Translations under genes and position numbers: made by a program
Part shown: piece by piece, positions 1-7,097 of the stretch
Position numbering within the stretch: the stretch's first letter is position 1
Layout of the letters: each line of letters opens with the position of its first letter
Assembly (NCBI GenBank): GCA_031425655.1
Contig: JANPJS010000301.1
Coordinates: forward strand, 1-30,779
From: Abditibacteriaceae bacterium
Lineage (GTDB): Bacteria; Armatimonadota; Abditibacteriia; Abditibacteriales; Abditibacteriaceae
DNA: 30,779 nt
Direction: 5' to 3'
Notes under the pieces: generated by a model
Database searches by the model: none
The model's input: only the letters and a program-made list of their open reading frames with translations
What the model was told of the DNA's origin: nothing

Positions 1-912
1 GCCCGTTGTGCTGCTGGCCTCAAGACGCGCCCCGACCACAACCGTGTTGCCCGCTACCGCCACCGAGCGGCCGAACTCGTCACCGACTCCGGTGTTGGAG
101 GCTTTGAGGTAGGCCTGCTCGCTCCACGTCGCGCCACTGCGCACGAACACATAGGCCGCGCCGGAGTTGCCGGCACCCTCGTCGGGCGTGCTGTTCACGC
201 CCGTTGTGCTGCTGTCCTCTTGATACGCCCCGACCACAACCGTGTCGCCCGCTACCGCCACCGAGAAGCCGAACTGGTCACTGGCTCCGGTGTTGGAGGC
301 TTTGAGGTAGGACTGCTCGCTCCACGTCGTGCCGCTGCGCACGAACACATACGCCGCGCCGGATTGGGCGGCACCCTCGTTGGGCGTGCTGTTGACGCCC
401 GTTGTGCTGCTGGCCTCAAGACGCGCCCCGACCACAACCGTGTTGCCCGCTACCGCCACCGAGCGGCCGAACTCGTCACCGACTCCGGTGTTGGAGGCTT
501 TGAGGTAGGCCTGCTGGCTCCACGTCGTGCCGCTGCGCACAAACACATACGCCGCGCCGGAAAACGAGGCACTCTCGTTGGGCGTGCTGTTGACGCCCGT
601 TGTGCTGCTGCCTTCATCGAACGCCCCGACCACAACCGTGTCGTCCGCTACCGCCACCGAGCTGCCGAACTCGTCACCGGCTCCGGTGTTGGAGGCTTTG
701 AGGTAGGCCTGCTGGCTCCACGTCGTGCCGCTGCGCACAAACACATACGCCGCGCCGGAGCTGCCGGCAAGCTCGTTGGGCGTGCTGTTCACGCCGATGC
801 TGCTGCTGTCCTCTCCATTCGCCCCGACCACAACCGTGTCGCCCGACACCGCCACCGAGATGCCGAAATTGTCACTGACTCCGGTGTTGGAGGCTTTGAG
901 GTAGGCCTGCTG
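1..912 (-). repeat. About 4.6 tandem 198-bp (66-aa) FG-GAP coding repeats
   Basis: cccgaccacaaccgtgt recurs at 31, 229, 427, 625 and 823 (period 198). Bases 1-119 are identical to 397-515. Confidence 0.95.
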
Positions 913-1863
913 GGCAAAGGTGGGGTCAATGGTCAGGGGATAACGCGCCGCGCTGTCCTGCACATCGAGGCTGACTTTGCCGCGCGCGGCGCGCATGGTG
1001 GCGGGCACGGCTTGTCCCGCCGCGTCCCACACTTTGAGATGATCGTAAGTCAGCACCGCGCGCTGCCCGGCGTCGCGCAGTTCCAGACTTTGCCCGCCCG
1101 CGATGGTGTGCGGCTGCAAATCGCCCTCGACCGCCATCACCAAACGCAGCGGAGCGCCGCCATTGCGCGCGGCGGGCCGCTCCTGCAAAGTGAAGCCATG
1201 CTCTAAGCCGCCCGGCGCGTTGTGGAACCATTCCACTAAGCCCTGCGCCGCGCGCCGCACTTCGACGCGCTGCCCGTCGCGCTGCACCACGCCTTGCGGC
1301 ACGGCGTTTTGCGCCTTGCCGTAGCCCAGCGATTCCAAACGCCACGCCGATTGATAGCTCTTATAGGTTGTTGGAGAAGTCAGAGCGGGGCTGCGCTGCG
1401 CTCCACCCTCTTCCAAACCTGCGCCTTGCGCCTTCTTGTTTGGAAGGGTGCGGAGCGGAGCGAAGCCCCGCTTTTGCTTTTGCGCTTGCTTTTGCGGCAC
1501 GCGCACCGTGAAGTTCACGCCGCGCGCATCGAAGCGCGAAGAGATATTATGATTGGGATTCTGCGCCCACACGCGCGCCTTGTCGCCTTCGACCGGACGC
1601 ACGCCATAGCGAGCGCGCACGATGGCTTCGCTCAGCGACTGATATTGCCCGCGCTTTTTCAGTTCCGCGATGGCTTTCTCGGTGCTCGCCGCCGAAGCCG
1701 CCAGCGCCGAAGACGCAGCCCCCGACGCGGACGGAGCGCCAAACGACTGCGGCACCCACGTCTGCCCTGCGCTGGTCGCGTGCGCCGTCATCGGCACACT
1801 CAAACCACTCAGCATCAGCGCGCAGAGCAGCGCGCGGCCCGACTTCAGTTGCGTTTTCATCAT
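1..1863 (-). CDS. Secreted FG-GAP (integrin-alpha-like) repeat beta-propeller protein; 3' end lies outside the window
   Basis: Hand-translated, as it is absent from the ORF track because it runs off the edge. ATG at 1863 or 1860: MMKTQLKSGRALLCALMLSGLSVPMTAHA (signal peptide). An N-terminal domain (VEWFHNAPGGLEHGFTL...LTYDHLKVWDAAG...YPLTIDP) is followed by repeats QQAYLKASNTGxxDxFGxSVAVxGxTVVVGAxxExSS...SGAAYVFVRSGTTWS. The frame is open to base 1. Confidence 0.9.
   Translation of the reverse strand, partial: MMKTQLKSGRALLCALMLSGLSVPMTAHATSAGQTWVPQSFGAPSASGAASSALAASAASTEKAIAELKKRGQYQSLSEAIVRARYGVRPVEGDKARVWAQNPNHNISSRFDARGVNFTVRVPQKQAQKQKRGFAPLRTLPNKKAQGAGLEEGGAQRSPALTSPTTYKSYQSAWRLESLGYGKAQNAVPQGVVQRDGQRVEVRRAAQGLVEWFHNAPGGLEHGFTLQERPAARNGGAPLRLVMAVEGDLQPHTIAGGQSLELRDAGQRAVLTYDHLKVWDAAGQAVPATMRAARGKVSLDVQDSAARYPLTIDPTFAQQAYLKASNTGVSDNFGISVAVSGDTVVVGANGEDSSSIGVNSTPNELAGSSGAAYVFVRSGTTWSQQAYLKASNTGAGDEFGSSVAVADDTVVVGAFDEGSSTTGVNSTPNESASFSGAAYVFVRSGTTWSQQAYLKASNTGVGDEFGRSVAVAGNTVVVGARLEASSTTGVNSTPNEGAAQSGAAYVFVRSGTTWSEQSYLKASNTGASDQFGFSVAVAGDTVVVGAYQEDSSTTGVNSTPDEGAGNSGAAYVFVRSGATWSEQAYLKASNTGVGDEFGRSVAVAGNTVVVGARLEASSTTG
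1384..1472. repeat. Palindromic REP-like element located in-frame within the FG-GAP gene
   Basis: Outer arms agcggggct...agccccgct and inner arms cttccaaac...gtttggaag, with an imperfect cgctgcgctcc/ggagcggagcg pair between them; followed by cttttgcttttgcgcttgcttttg. Confidence 0.75.
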
Positions 1864-1917
1864 AAGTTCTCGCGTCTTTGCGGGCAATTCCCGCATAAAT
1901 TACGTGTCCGCCTATAG

Positions 1918-1990
1918 CCCTCACCCCCGGCCCCTCTCCCGCGAAGCGCGGGTGCCCTCTGGGCAGGAGGAGAGGGGCCGGGGGTGAGGG
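1918..1990. repeat. REP-like palindrome of the CCCTCACCCCCGGCCCCTCTCC ('PHPRPLS') family
   Basis: 22-bp perfect inverted arms at 1918-1939 and 1969-1990. The same arm occurs at 10303-10449. Confidence 0.9.
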
Positions 1991-2147
1991 GTTTAAGCCT
2001 CTAAGAAAATAAAGGCCGCCCTGAAACTATGTCGGGACGGCATTTGGTGCATCTTGATTTATTGTGCGGATTTCACCGGGATTATTGCCACTGTTGCCAA
2101 TGTTGCCCAAAGCATAACACACTTTTTAGCAACATGGGGCGCTTATT

Positions 2148-2165
2148 TTGTGACATTTGTCACAA
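2148..2165. promoter_or_regulatory. Putative CRP/FNR-family (or Rex-like) operator TTGTGA-N6-TCACAA
   Basis: TTGTGACATTTGTCACAA has perfect 8-bp inverted arms, matches TGTGA-N6-TCACA, and lies in an AT-rich divergent intergenic region. Confidence 0.55.
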
Positions 2166-2216
2166 TTCGTTAATCAATTTGTTAATTTGTGTGCGGTGCG
2201 ACGCATTCCGTCACCC

Positions 2217-2270
2217 GTAGCGACTTGTCGAACACCGCTGCGAGGTTCGACAAGCAAGCCGTGTCGCTAC
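2217..2270. repeat. GTAG-type REP-like hairpin
   Basis: Outer arms gtagcgac (2217-2224) and gtcgctac (2263-2270). Inner arms cttgtcgaac (2224-2233) and gttcgacaag (2245-2254). Confidence 0.7.
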
Positions 2271-2280
2271 AAATCTCACC

Positions 2281-2541
2281 CGGCACGCGCTATTTTCAGC
2301 ACTATACGAGGCATTTCCAGCACTATACGCGCTATTTCCCACGCTATACGAGACATTTCCAACGCTATACGAGACATTTCCCACGCTATACGCGCTATTT
2401 CCCGCGCTATACGCTCTACTTCCCGCGCTATACGCTCTATTTCCAGCGCTATACGAGGCATTTTCTCCGAGGAAATGCCTCGTATAGTGCTGGAAACACC
2501 TCTCCCAGCCGAAAAAATGGCTATCCGAGTTCGGGAAATGG
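2281..2541. repeat. 21-bp tandem array (9 direct units) followed by an inverted copy and degenerate inverted units
   Basis: CTATACG starts at 2302, 2323, 2344, 2365, 2386, 2407, 2428 and 2449, with a degenerate unit at 2281. Consensus is CTATACG-NNN-YATTTC-NNNNN. Bases 2471-2496 are the reverse complement of 2293-2318 (25/26 match). AAATG/AAACA recurs at 2473, 2494, 2515 and 2536. Confidence 0.95.
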
Positions 2542-2645
2542 CGGCGATTCCCACTCTGTTTGCGAAATGGGTCATAATTAGGCGGCGCAGGGTGCAGAAA
2601 AGCACTCAATCCACGCGCCGCACGGGTTACAAAGGAGAAATGGTT

Positions 2646-3626
2646 ATGCCGATTACTTCGATTGCGTCGTATGGGCCGACAATGCAGGCCTTCAACGTCA
2701 ACTGGATGCAAGCCGACAGCGAATTGGGCAGTCCACCGCCGGGCGAATCGCTGGTTTTGGCGGGCGGCTACACGCAGGGGCAGTTTCAACTGGATAGCGC
2801 CGAAGTGCTGAGCGCCATGGAGGAAGTGCGCGTCTTTCTCGACGCGGCGCAGACGGCGGCCATCGTGCGCGATAACAGCAAATTGGAGTTGCTCACGCGC
2901 GCCCGACAGTTCCACAACAGTGTTTTGGCGCAAATCACCGACAACACCTACACCGAAAACCTCTCCTCGATGCCCAAACTCGGCAGCGATTTGAGCAAAT
3001 TCGCCGCGCCGCTTCAAGAAATGCAGCGCTTGTGGGCACGCATCAATGCCAACGCGACGGCGCTCGGACTGAGCGGCCCTTTGACTTTGCAGGGCGGCTA
3101 CACCATCACGCCTTTCATCGCGGCTATCGAGCAGCTTGACGACCTTTACAACGCCGCCGACAGCGCCAGAGAATCCGCCGACTTCGCCCGCACCCGCCGC
3201 GACAACCTCATGGCCGCCATCTACGAGCGCATGAAGCAATATCGCGCCGCCGCCCCGGCCATGCTGCCCGCGAACAGTCCGGCCCTGCAAAACCTGCCGC
3301 GCCTGACGCCGCCGCCCGGCACCACTCCGCCCGCCCTCACGGTCACCGGCACTTGGGACAATCCAATTCTCAAAGCGCGCCTGACATGGCCCGCCTCGAC
3401 CGCGCCAAATCTCGACAAATTGCAAGTTCGCGCCTGCACCGGCGGCACTTACAAGGCGGGCGACGAAGAAATCGTCGCCGACCTGCCCGCCAATGCCACC
3501 GCCTACGACACCGACTGGGGATTGACTGTCCCCGGCGCGATTGCCAGCTTCAAGGTCTACGCCATGGCCACGACCGGCAACGAAAACGGCGGCAAAGCGG
3601 TGAAAGTTGTGAGGCCGACGACGTAA
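2646..3626 (+). CDS. Uncharacterised 326-aa protein: two tandem helical repeats plus a C-terminal fibronectin type III-like domain
   Basis: AAGGAG at 2632-2637 lies 8 nt before ATG 2646 (alternative ATG at 2640); the ORF-track start at 2157 only reads through repeats. Internal duplication: LVLAGGYT...RDNSKLELLTRARQF vs LTLQGGYT...RDNLMAAIYERMKQY. A Pro-rich linker leads to a beta-rich C-terminus (ARLTWPAS...LTVPGAIASFKVYA...GNE). No signal peptide. Confidence 0.85.
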   Translation: MPITSIASYGPTMQAFNVNWMQADSELGSPPPGESLVLAGGYTQGQFQLDSAEVLSAMEEVRVFLDAAQTAAIVRDNSKLELLTRARQFHNSVLAQITDNTYTENLSSMPKLGSDLSKFAAPLQEMQRLWARINANATALGLSGPLTLQGGYTITPFIAAIEQLDDLYNAADSARESADFARTRRDNLMAAIYERMKQYRAAAPAMLPANSPALQNLPRLTPPPGTTPPALTVTGTWDNPILKARLTWPASTAPNLDKLQVRACTGGTYKAGDEEIVADLPANATAYDTDWGLTVPGAIASFKVYAMATTGNENGGKAVKVVRPTT

Positions 3627-3800
3627 TTGGCGGGAGAAGCCCCCACCCAGCACCAAAAAGCCCCATGTCCATTTGCACGCGGGGCTTTGCTGTCTTGCGA
3701 CTGGCAACCATTCGGCAACAGGGAAAGCACGACTTATAAGGGCAAAGCCCCGCGATTTTGGTTTACTAACGGGACTCAACGCAGCGAGAGCAATCCCCAC

Positions 3801-4685
3801 ATGAAGATTTACTTGGACGGAAAGTTGGTGCCGCAGGAAGAAGCCAAAGTGTCGGTCTTCGATCACGGTTTTCTTTACGGCGACGGCGTGTTTGAAGGCA
3901 TTCGCGTCTATAACAAGCGCGTTTTTCGGCTCGCAGGGCACGTCGAGCGGCTGTATCGCTCGGCCAAAGCGATCTGGCTGGAACCGCCGCTGAGCAAAGC
4001 CGAAATGGCCCGCGCCATCGAGGAAACCGTCGCGGCCAACGAACTCGAAAACGGCTACATTCGCGCCATTATCTCGCGCGGATTCGGCGATTTGGGCCTT
4101 GATCCGCGCAAATGCCCCACGCCCACGGTCGTTATCATCGCGGCCACGATTTCCCTTTATCCCGACGAGGTTTACCAGAACGGCATGGAAGTGATTACCG
4201 CTTCCACGCGCCGCGCTCAGCCCGACGTATTGAACCCGGCCATCAAGTCGCTGAATTATCTCAACAACATTCTGGCGAAAATCGAATGCATTCGCGCCGG
4301 GGTTTCCGAATGCATCATGCTCAATCGCAACGGCCTTGTCGCCGAGTGTTCGGGCGATAATGTCTTCATCTATACGCGCGATTACAGCGGCAACGCCGAG
4401 CTTCGCACGCCGCCGATTTCCGCCGGGCAACTCGAAGGCATTACGCGCGAAGCCGTGATGCAAATCGCGGGAGAATTAGGCATCAAATGCGTGGAAAAAG
4501 AGATCGCCCTGTTTGATATTTACAACGCTGAGGAAGCTTTTCTGACCGGCACCGCCGCTGAAGTCGTGGCGATGACTAAACTCGACAGCCGCGTCATCGG
4601 CAGCGGCAAGCCGGGCGAAATTACCGCGCGCATCACGCAACGCTTCCACGAATTAACGCGCAGCGAAGGCAAACCCGCTTTTTAA
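3801..4685 (+). CDS. ilvE: Branched-chain amino acid aminotransferase (class IV PLP enzyme)
   Basis: Motifs SVFDHGFLYGDGVFEGIR, IKSLNYLNN, ECSGDNVF, LEGITR and EAFLTGTAAEV. Start is MKIYLDGK at 3801. Confidence 0.95.
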   Translation: MKIYLDGKLVPQEEAKVSVFDHGFLYGDGVFEGIRVYNKRVFRLAGHVERLYRSAKAIWLEPPLSKAEMARAIEETVAANELENGYIRAIISRGFGDLGLDPRKCPTPTVVIIAATISLYPDEVYQNGMEVITASTRRAQPDVLNPAIKSLNYLNNILAKIECIRAGVSECIMLNRNGLVAECSGDNVFIYTRDYSGNAELRTPPISAGQLEGITREAVMQIAGELGIKCVEKEIALFDIYNAEEAFLTGTAAEVVAMTKLDSRVIGSGKPGEITARITQRFHELTRSEGKPAF

Positions 4686-4757
4686 GTGCGAAGTGCCGAA
4701 TGCGGAGTGCGGAATAAACCATTTCCACTCCGCACTCCGCACTCCGCACTCCGCATT
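4685..4757. repeat. Inverted heptamer-repeat hairpin: (AGTGCGG-like)x4 facing (ACTCCGC)x4
   Basis: agtgcga agtgccg aatgcgg agtgcgg, then actccgc x4 at 4727-4754. Confidence 0.9.
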
Positions 4758-4761
4758 TAAA

Positions 4762-5526
4762 ATGAACTGCGATTCCTGCGGCGAACAGCCCGCCACCATT
4801 CTCATCACGCAAGCGATTAACGGGCAGACGACGAATCTGCGCCTTTGCGAAGCGTGTGTGCGCCGTCGCGCGGCGGACAGCGATTGGCCGCACCAATTCG
4901 GCGACGCTATGCAAGCGCCGCTCGAAGAAATCGTGCGTGAGCTTTTCAGTGAGTTTTCCGAGCGCGAAGAAGCCGAAAGCCGAGCGCCGGGCGAGTTTCA
5001 AATCAACGAGATTTTCTTTGCAGCCGATGAATTTCCCGGCGACGAAGACCTTGCCGACGATATGGACGAAGACGCGGAAAATTCTGAATCCGGCCTTTCC
5101 GACGAAGAAAACGCGCTCAACAGCTTATTGGGCGACACCAGCGGATTGCACGCCTTTTTCGACGATAAACCCGGCGAACGACGCGAAATCGTCGCTAAAC
5201 GCTGCCCGAAATGCTCGATTACATGGGATCGTCTGCGACAAGATGGGCGCGCCGGTTGCGGGCGCTGCTATGAGACTTTTTCGGAGCAATTACACGAAGT
5301 CATGGAGCGCGTGCAGCACGCGGTTCACCACACAGGCAAGCGTCCGCGCGCCGCCGACAAGCGCCGCCGCCGTCTGGAACACTTGCGGGCACGGCGCGAT
5401 CACCGTCTGGAAATGCTCAATCGCCGCTTAGAGGAAGCCTTGCGCGAAGAACGCTTTGAAGAAGCCGCAAAACTGCGCGACCAAATTCGCATCGTCTCAT
5501 CCACCATCGTCGCGGAAACGGAATAA
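4762..5526 (+). CDS. mcsA: McsA protein-arginine kinase activator (4 CxxC motifs plus UVR domain) with an acidic central insertion
   Basis: CDSC, CEAC, CPKC and CGRC motifs, HTGKRP, and a C-terminal UVR motif EERFEEAAKLRDQIR. Directly upstream of mcsB. Confidence 0.9.
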   Translation: MNCDSCGEQPATILITQAINGQTTNLRLCEACVRRRAADSDWPHQFGDAMQAPLEEIVRELFSEFSEREEAESRAPGEFQINEIFFAADEFPGDEDLADDMDEDAENSESGLSDEENALNSLLGDTSGLHAFFDDKPGERREIVAKRCPKCSITWDRLRQDGRAGCGRCYETFSEQLHEVMERVQHAVHHTGKRPRAADKRRRRLEHLRARRDHRLEMLNRRLEEALREERFEEAAKLRDQIRIVSSTIVAETE

Positions 5527-5592
5527 AGTTTTGAGTTTTAAGTTTTGAATTAACGGCTCAACTCAAAACTCAAAACTCAAAACTCAAAACTC
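5527..5592. repeat. Inverted heptamer-repeat hairpin: (AGTTTTG)x3 facing (ACTCAAA)x4
   Basis: agttttg agtttta agttttg, then actcaaa x4 at 5561-5588. Confidence 0.9.
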
Positions 5593-5595
5593 TTA

Positions 5596-6783
5596 ATGAC
5601 TCCTCCTTTTCTCCCTTCGGCTTTTGAGCGCACCGCGAAATGGATGCGGCGCGGCGGACGCGAAAACGACATCGTGTTGTCGTCGCGCGTGCGTCTGGCG
5701 CGCAATATCCGGCAATTCGAGTTTCCGCACCACGCTTCGCCACAAGAATTGCTGGCGGTGCGCCATCGCGCTTTTCAAGCGTTGCTTCTCGTCGCCGAAA
5801 GCGGCGGTTTGCACGAGGCGCGCCTGCTGCCTTTTGAAGAATTTACCGGCTGGGAGCGCCAAAGCCTGATTGACCGCCATTTGACTTCGCGCGAGCATAT
5901 TCAGGAAGAATTGGCGCGCGGTTTGGCCGCCACGCCCGACGCGGCGCTTTCGGTTCTGATCAACGAAGAAGACCATTTGCGATTGCAAAGCCTGTTGCCG
6001 GGATTGCAACTCGATGCGGCTTTCAGCATGGTGGATAAGTTGGACGACGCGCTCGAAGAGTATTTCGACACGCACGGCGGCATCGCTTTTTCCGAGGAAT
6101 TCGGCTACCTCACGGCCTGTCCGACCAACGCGGGAACCGGCATTCGCGCTTCCGTCATGCTACATATGCCGGCTTTGGAGATTACCGGGAAAATCGAGCG
6201 CGCCCGCAAATGGGCCGAAGGCAAAGGCCTGACGCTGCGCGGCACATTCGGCGAAGGCTCGAAAATCTGGGGACATTTGCAGCAGTTGTCCAATCAAGTG
6301 ACGCTGGGCTTGGACGAACACGAAATTCTGCACGAAACCGAAAGCGCCGCGCTCGAACTGTGCGCGATGGAGCGGGCCGAACGCGCCAACCTGCCCGGCA
6401 AGTATTCCGACGACGCACGCGACCGCGTCGGACGAGCCTTCGGCACGCTGCGTTATGCGCGGCGCATCGGCTGCCGCGAAGCGACGGAATGCTTGTCGCT
6501 TTTGCGCCTCGCGCACGAAATCGGCTGGGCCAAAGGCCTCAATCGCCAGCGCTTCAACGAGCTTCTAGTGTGGATTCGCCCCGCGTATTTGCAAGTCATG
6601 CACGGACGCTTAATCGCCGCCGCCGAGCGCGACAAATTGCGCTGCGATTTGCTGCGCCCGCACATCGCCAAAGTGCGCCTCGAAGCTGCGTTTCACGAAG
6701 AAACGACCGCCGCACCGCCGGAAAACAAACCCGAAGTCCTCGAAGAATTGCCGGAGATGGAACCGGGAATTGAAGAAGACTAA
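5596..6783 (+). CDS. mcsB: Protein-arginine kinase McsB (ATP:guanido phosphotransferase family)
   Basis: Motifs SSRVRLARN, INEEDHLRLQ, GYLTACPTNAGTGIRASVMLH, RGTFGEGS and QLSNQVTLG. Confidence 0.95.
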   Translation: MTPPFLPSAFERTAKWMRRGGRENDIVLSSRVRLARNIRQFEFPHHASPQELLAVRHRAFQALLLVAESGGLHEARLLPFEEFTGWERQSLIDRHLTSREHIQEELARGLAATPDAALSVLINEEDHLRLQSLLPGLQLDAAFSMVDKLDDALEEYFDTHGGIAFSEEFGYLTACPTNAGTGIRASVMLHMPALEITGKIERARKWAEGKGLTLRGTFGEGSKIWGHLQQLSNQVTLGLDEHEILHETESAALELCAMERAERANLPGKYSDDARDRVGRAFGTLRYARRIGCREATECLSLLRLAHEIGWAKGLNRQRFNELLVWIRPAYLQVMHGRLIAAAERDKLRCDLLRPHIAKVRLEAAFHEETTAAPPENKPEVLEELPEMEPGIEED

Positions 6784-6802
6784 CATTCAAGGAGAAAACA
6801 TC

Positions 6803-7024
6803 ATGTCCGAAGTCAAAATCACCATTGCCCCCGAAGGCCCTTACATCGTTGAGGGCGAAATTGAACTGATCGGCTTAGACGACAACGTCATTCCGACCAA
6901 GAAAAAGATTTTCCTGTGCCGCTGCGGCGCCTCGACGCACAAGCCGTTTTGCGACGGCACGCATTCCAAAATCGGCTTCGAAGCCGCCGCCGAAGCTGTT
7001 CCCGAAAGCAGGGAAGGCAATTGA
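6803..7024 (+). CDS. CDGSH iron-sulfur domain protein (73 aa)
   Basis: GPYIVEG...LCRCGASTHKPFCDGTH motif. AAGGAG precedes ATG 6803. Confidence 0.92.
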   Translation: MSEVKITIAPEGPYIVEGEIELIGLDDNVIPTKKKIFLCRCGASTHKPFCDGTHSKIGFEAAAEAVPESREGN

Positions 7025-7097
7025 GAATTTTGAATTTTGAATTTTGAATTATTTTGTGCAATTCAAAATTCAAAATTCAAAATTCAAAATTCAATTC
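7025..7097. repeat. Inverted heptamer-repeat hairpin: (GAATTTT)x3 facing (AATTCAA)x5
   Basis: gaatttt x3 from 7025, then aattcaa x5 at 7060-7094. Confidence 0.9.

Noticed and set aside
1..912. Diversity-generating retroelement TR/VR pair
   Set aside because: The repeats are in-frame tandem coding units, differences are not adenine-specific, and no reverse transcriptase is in the window.
220..1206. 328-aa plus-strand repetitive ORF
   Set aside because: Antisense shadow of the FG-GAP gene, whose minus-strand frame has a signal peptide and recognisable motifs.
2281..2496. CRISPR array or TIGR-like guide array
   Set aside because: Units are only 21 bp with 3-5-nt variable segments that recur. 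There are no unique spacers, and no cas or Nop-domain gene was recognised in the window.
2157..2645. N-terminal extension of the Fn3-gene ORF (489-aa version)
   Set aside because: It reads through a REP and the array, and a strong Shine-Dalgarno lies before ATG 2646. Translation of the extension is not formally excluded.
2211..4463. 750-aa minus-strand ORF
   Set aside because: Antisense to ilvE and the Fn3 gene with no recognisable motifs; typical of GC-rich shadow ORFs.
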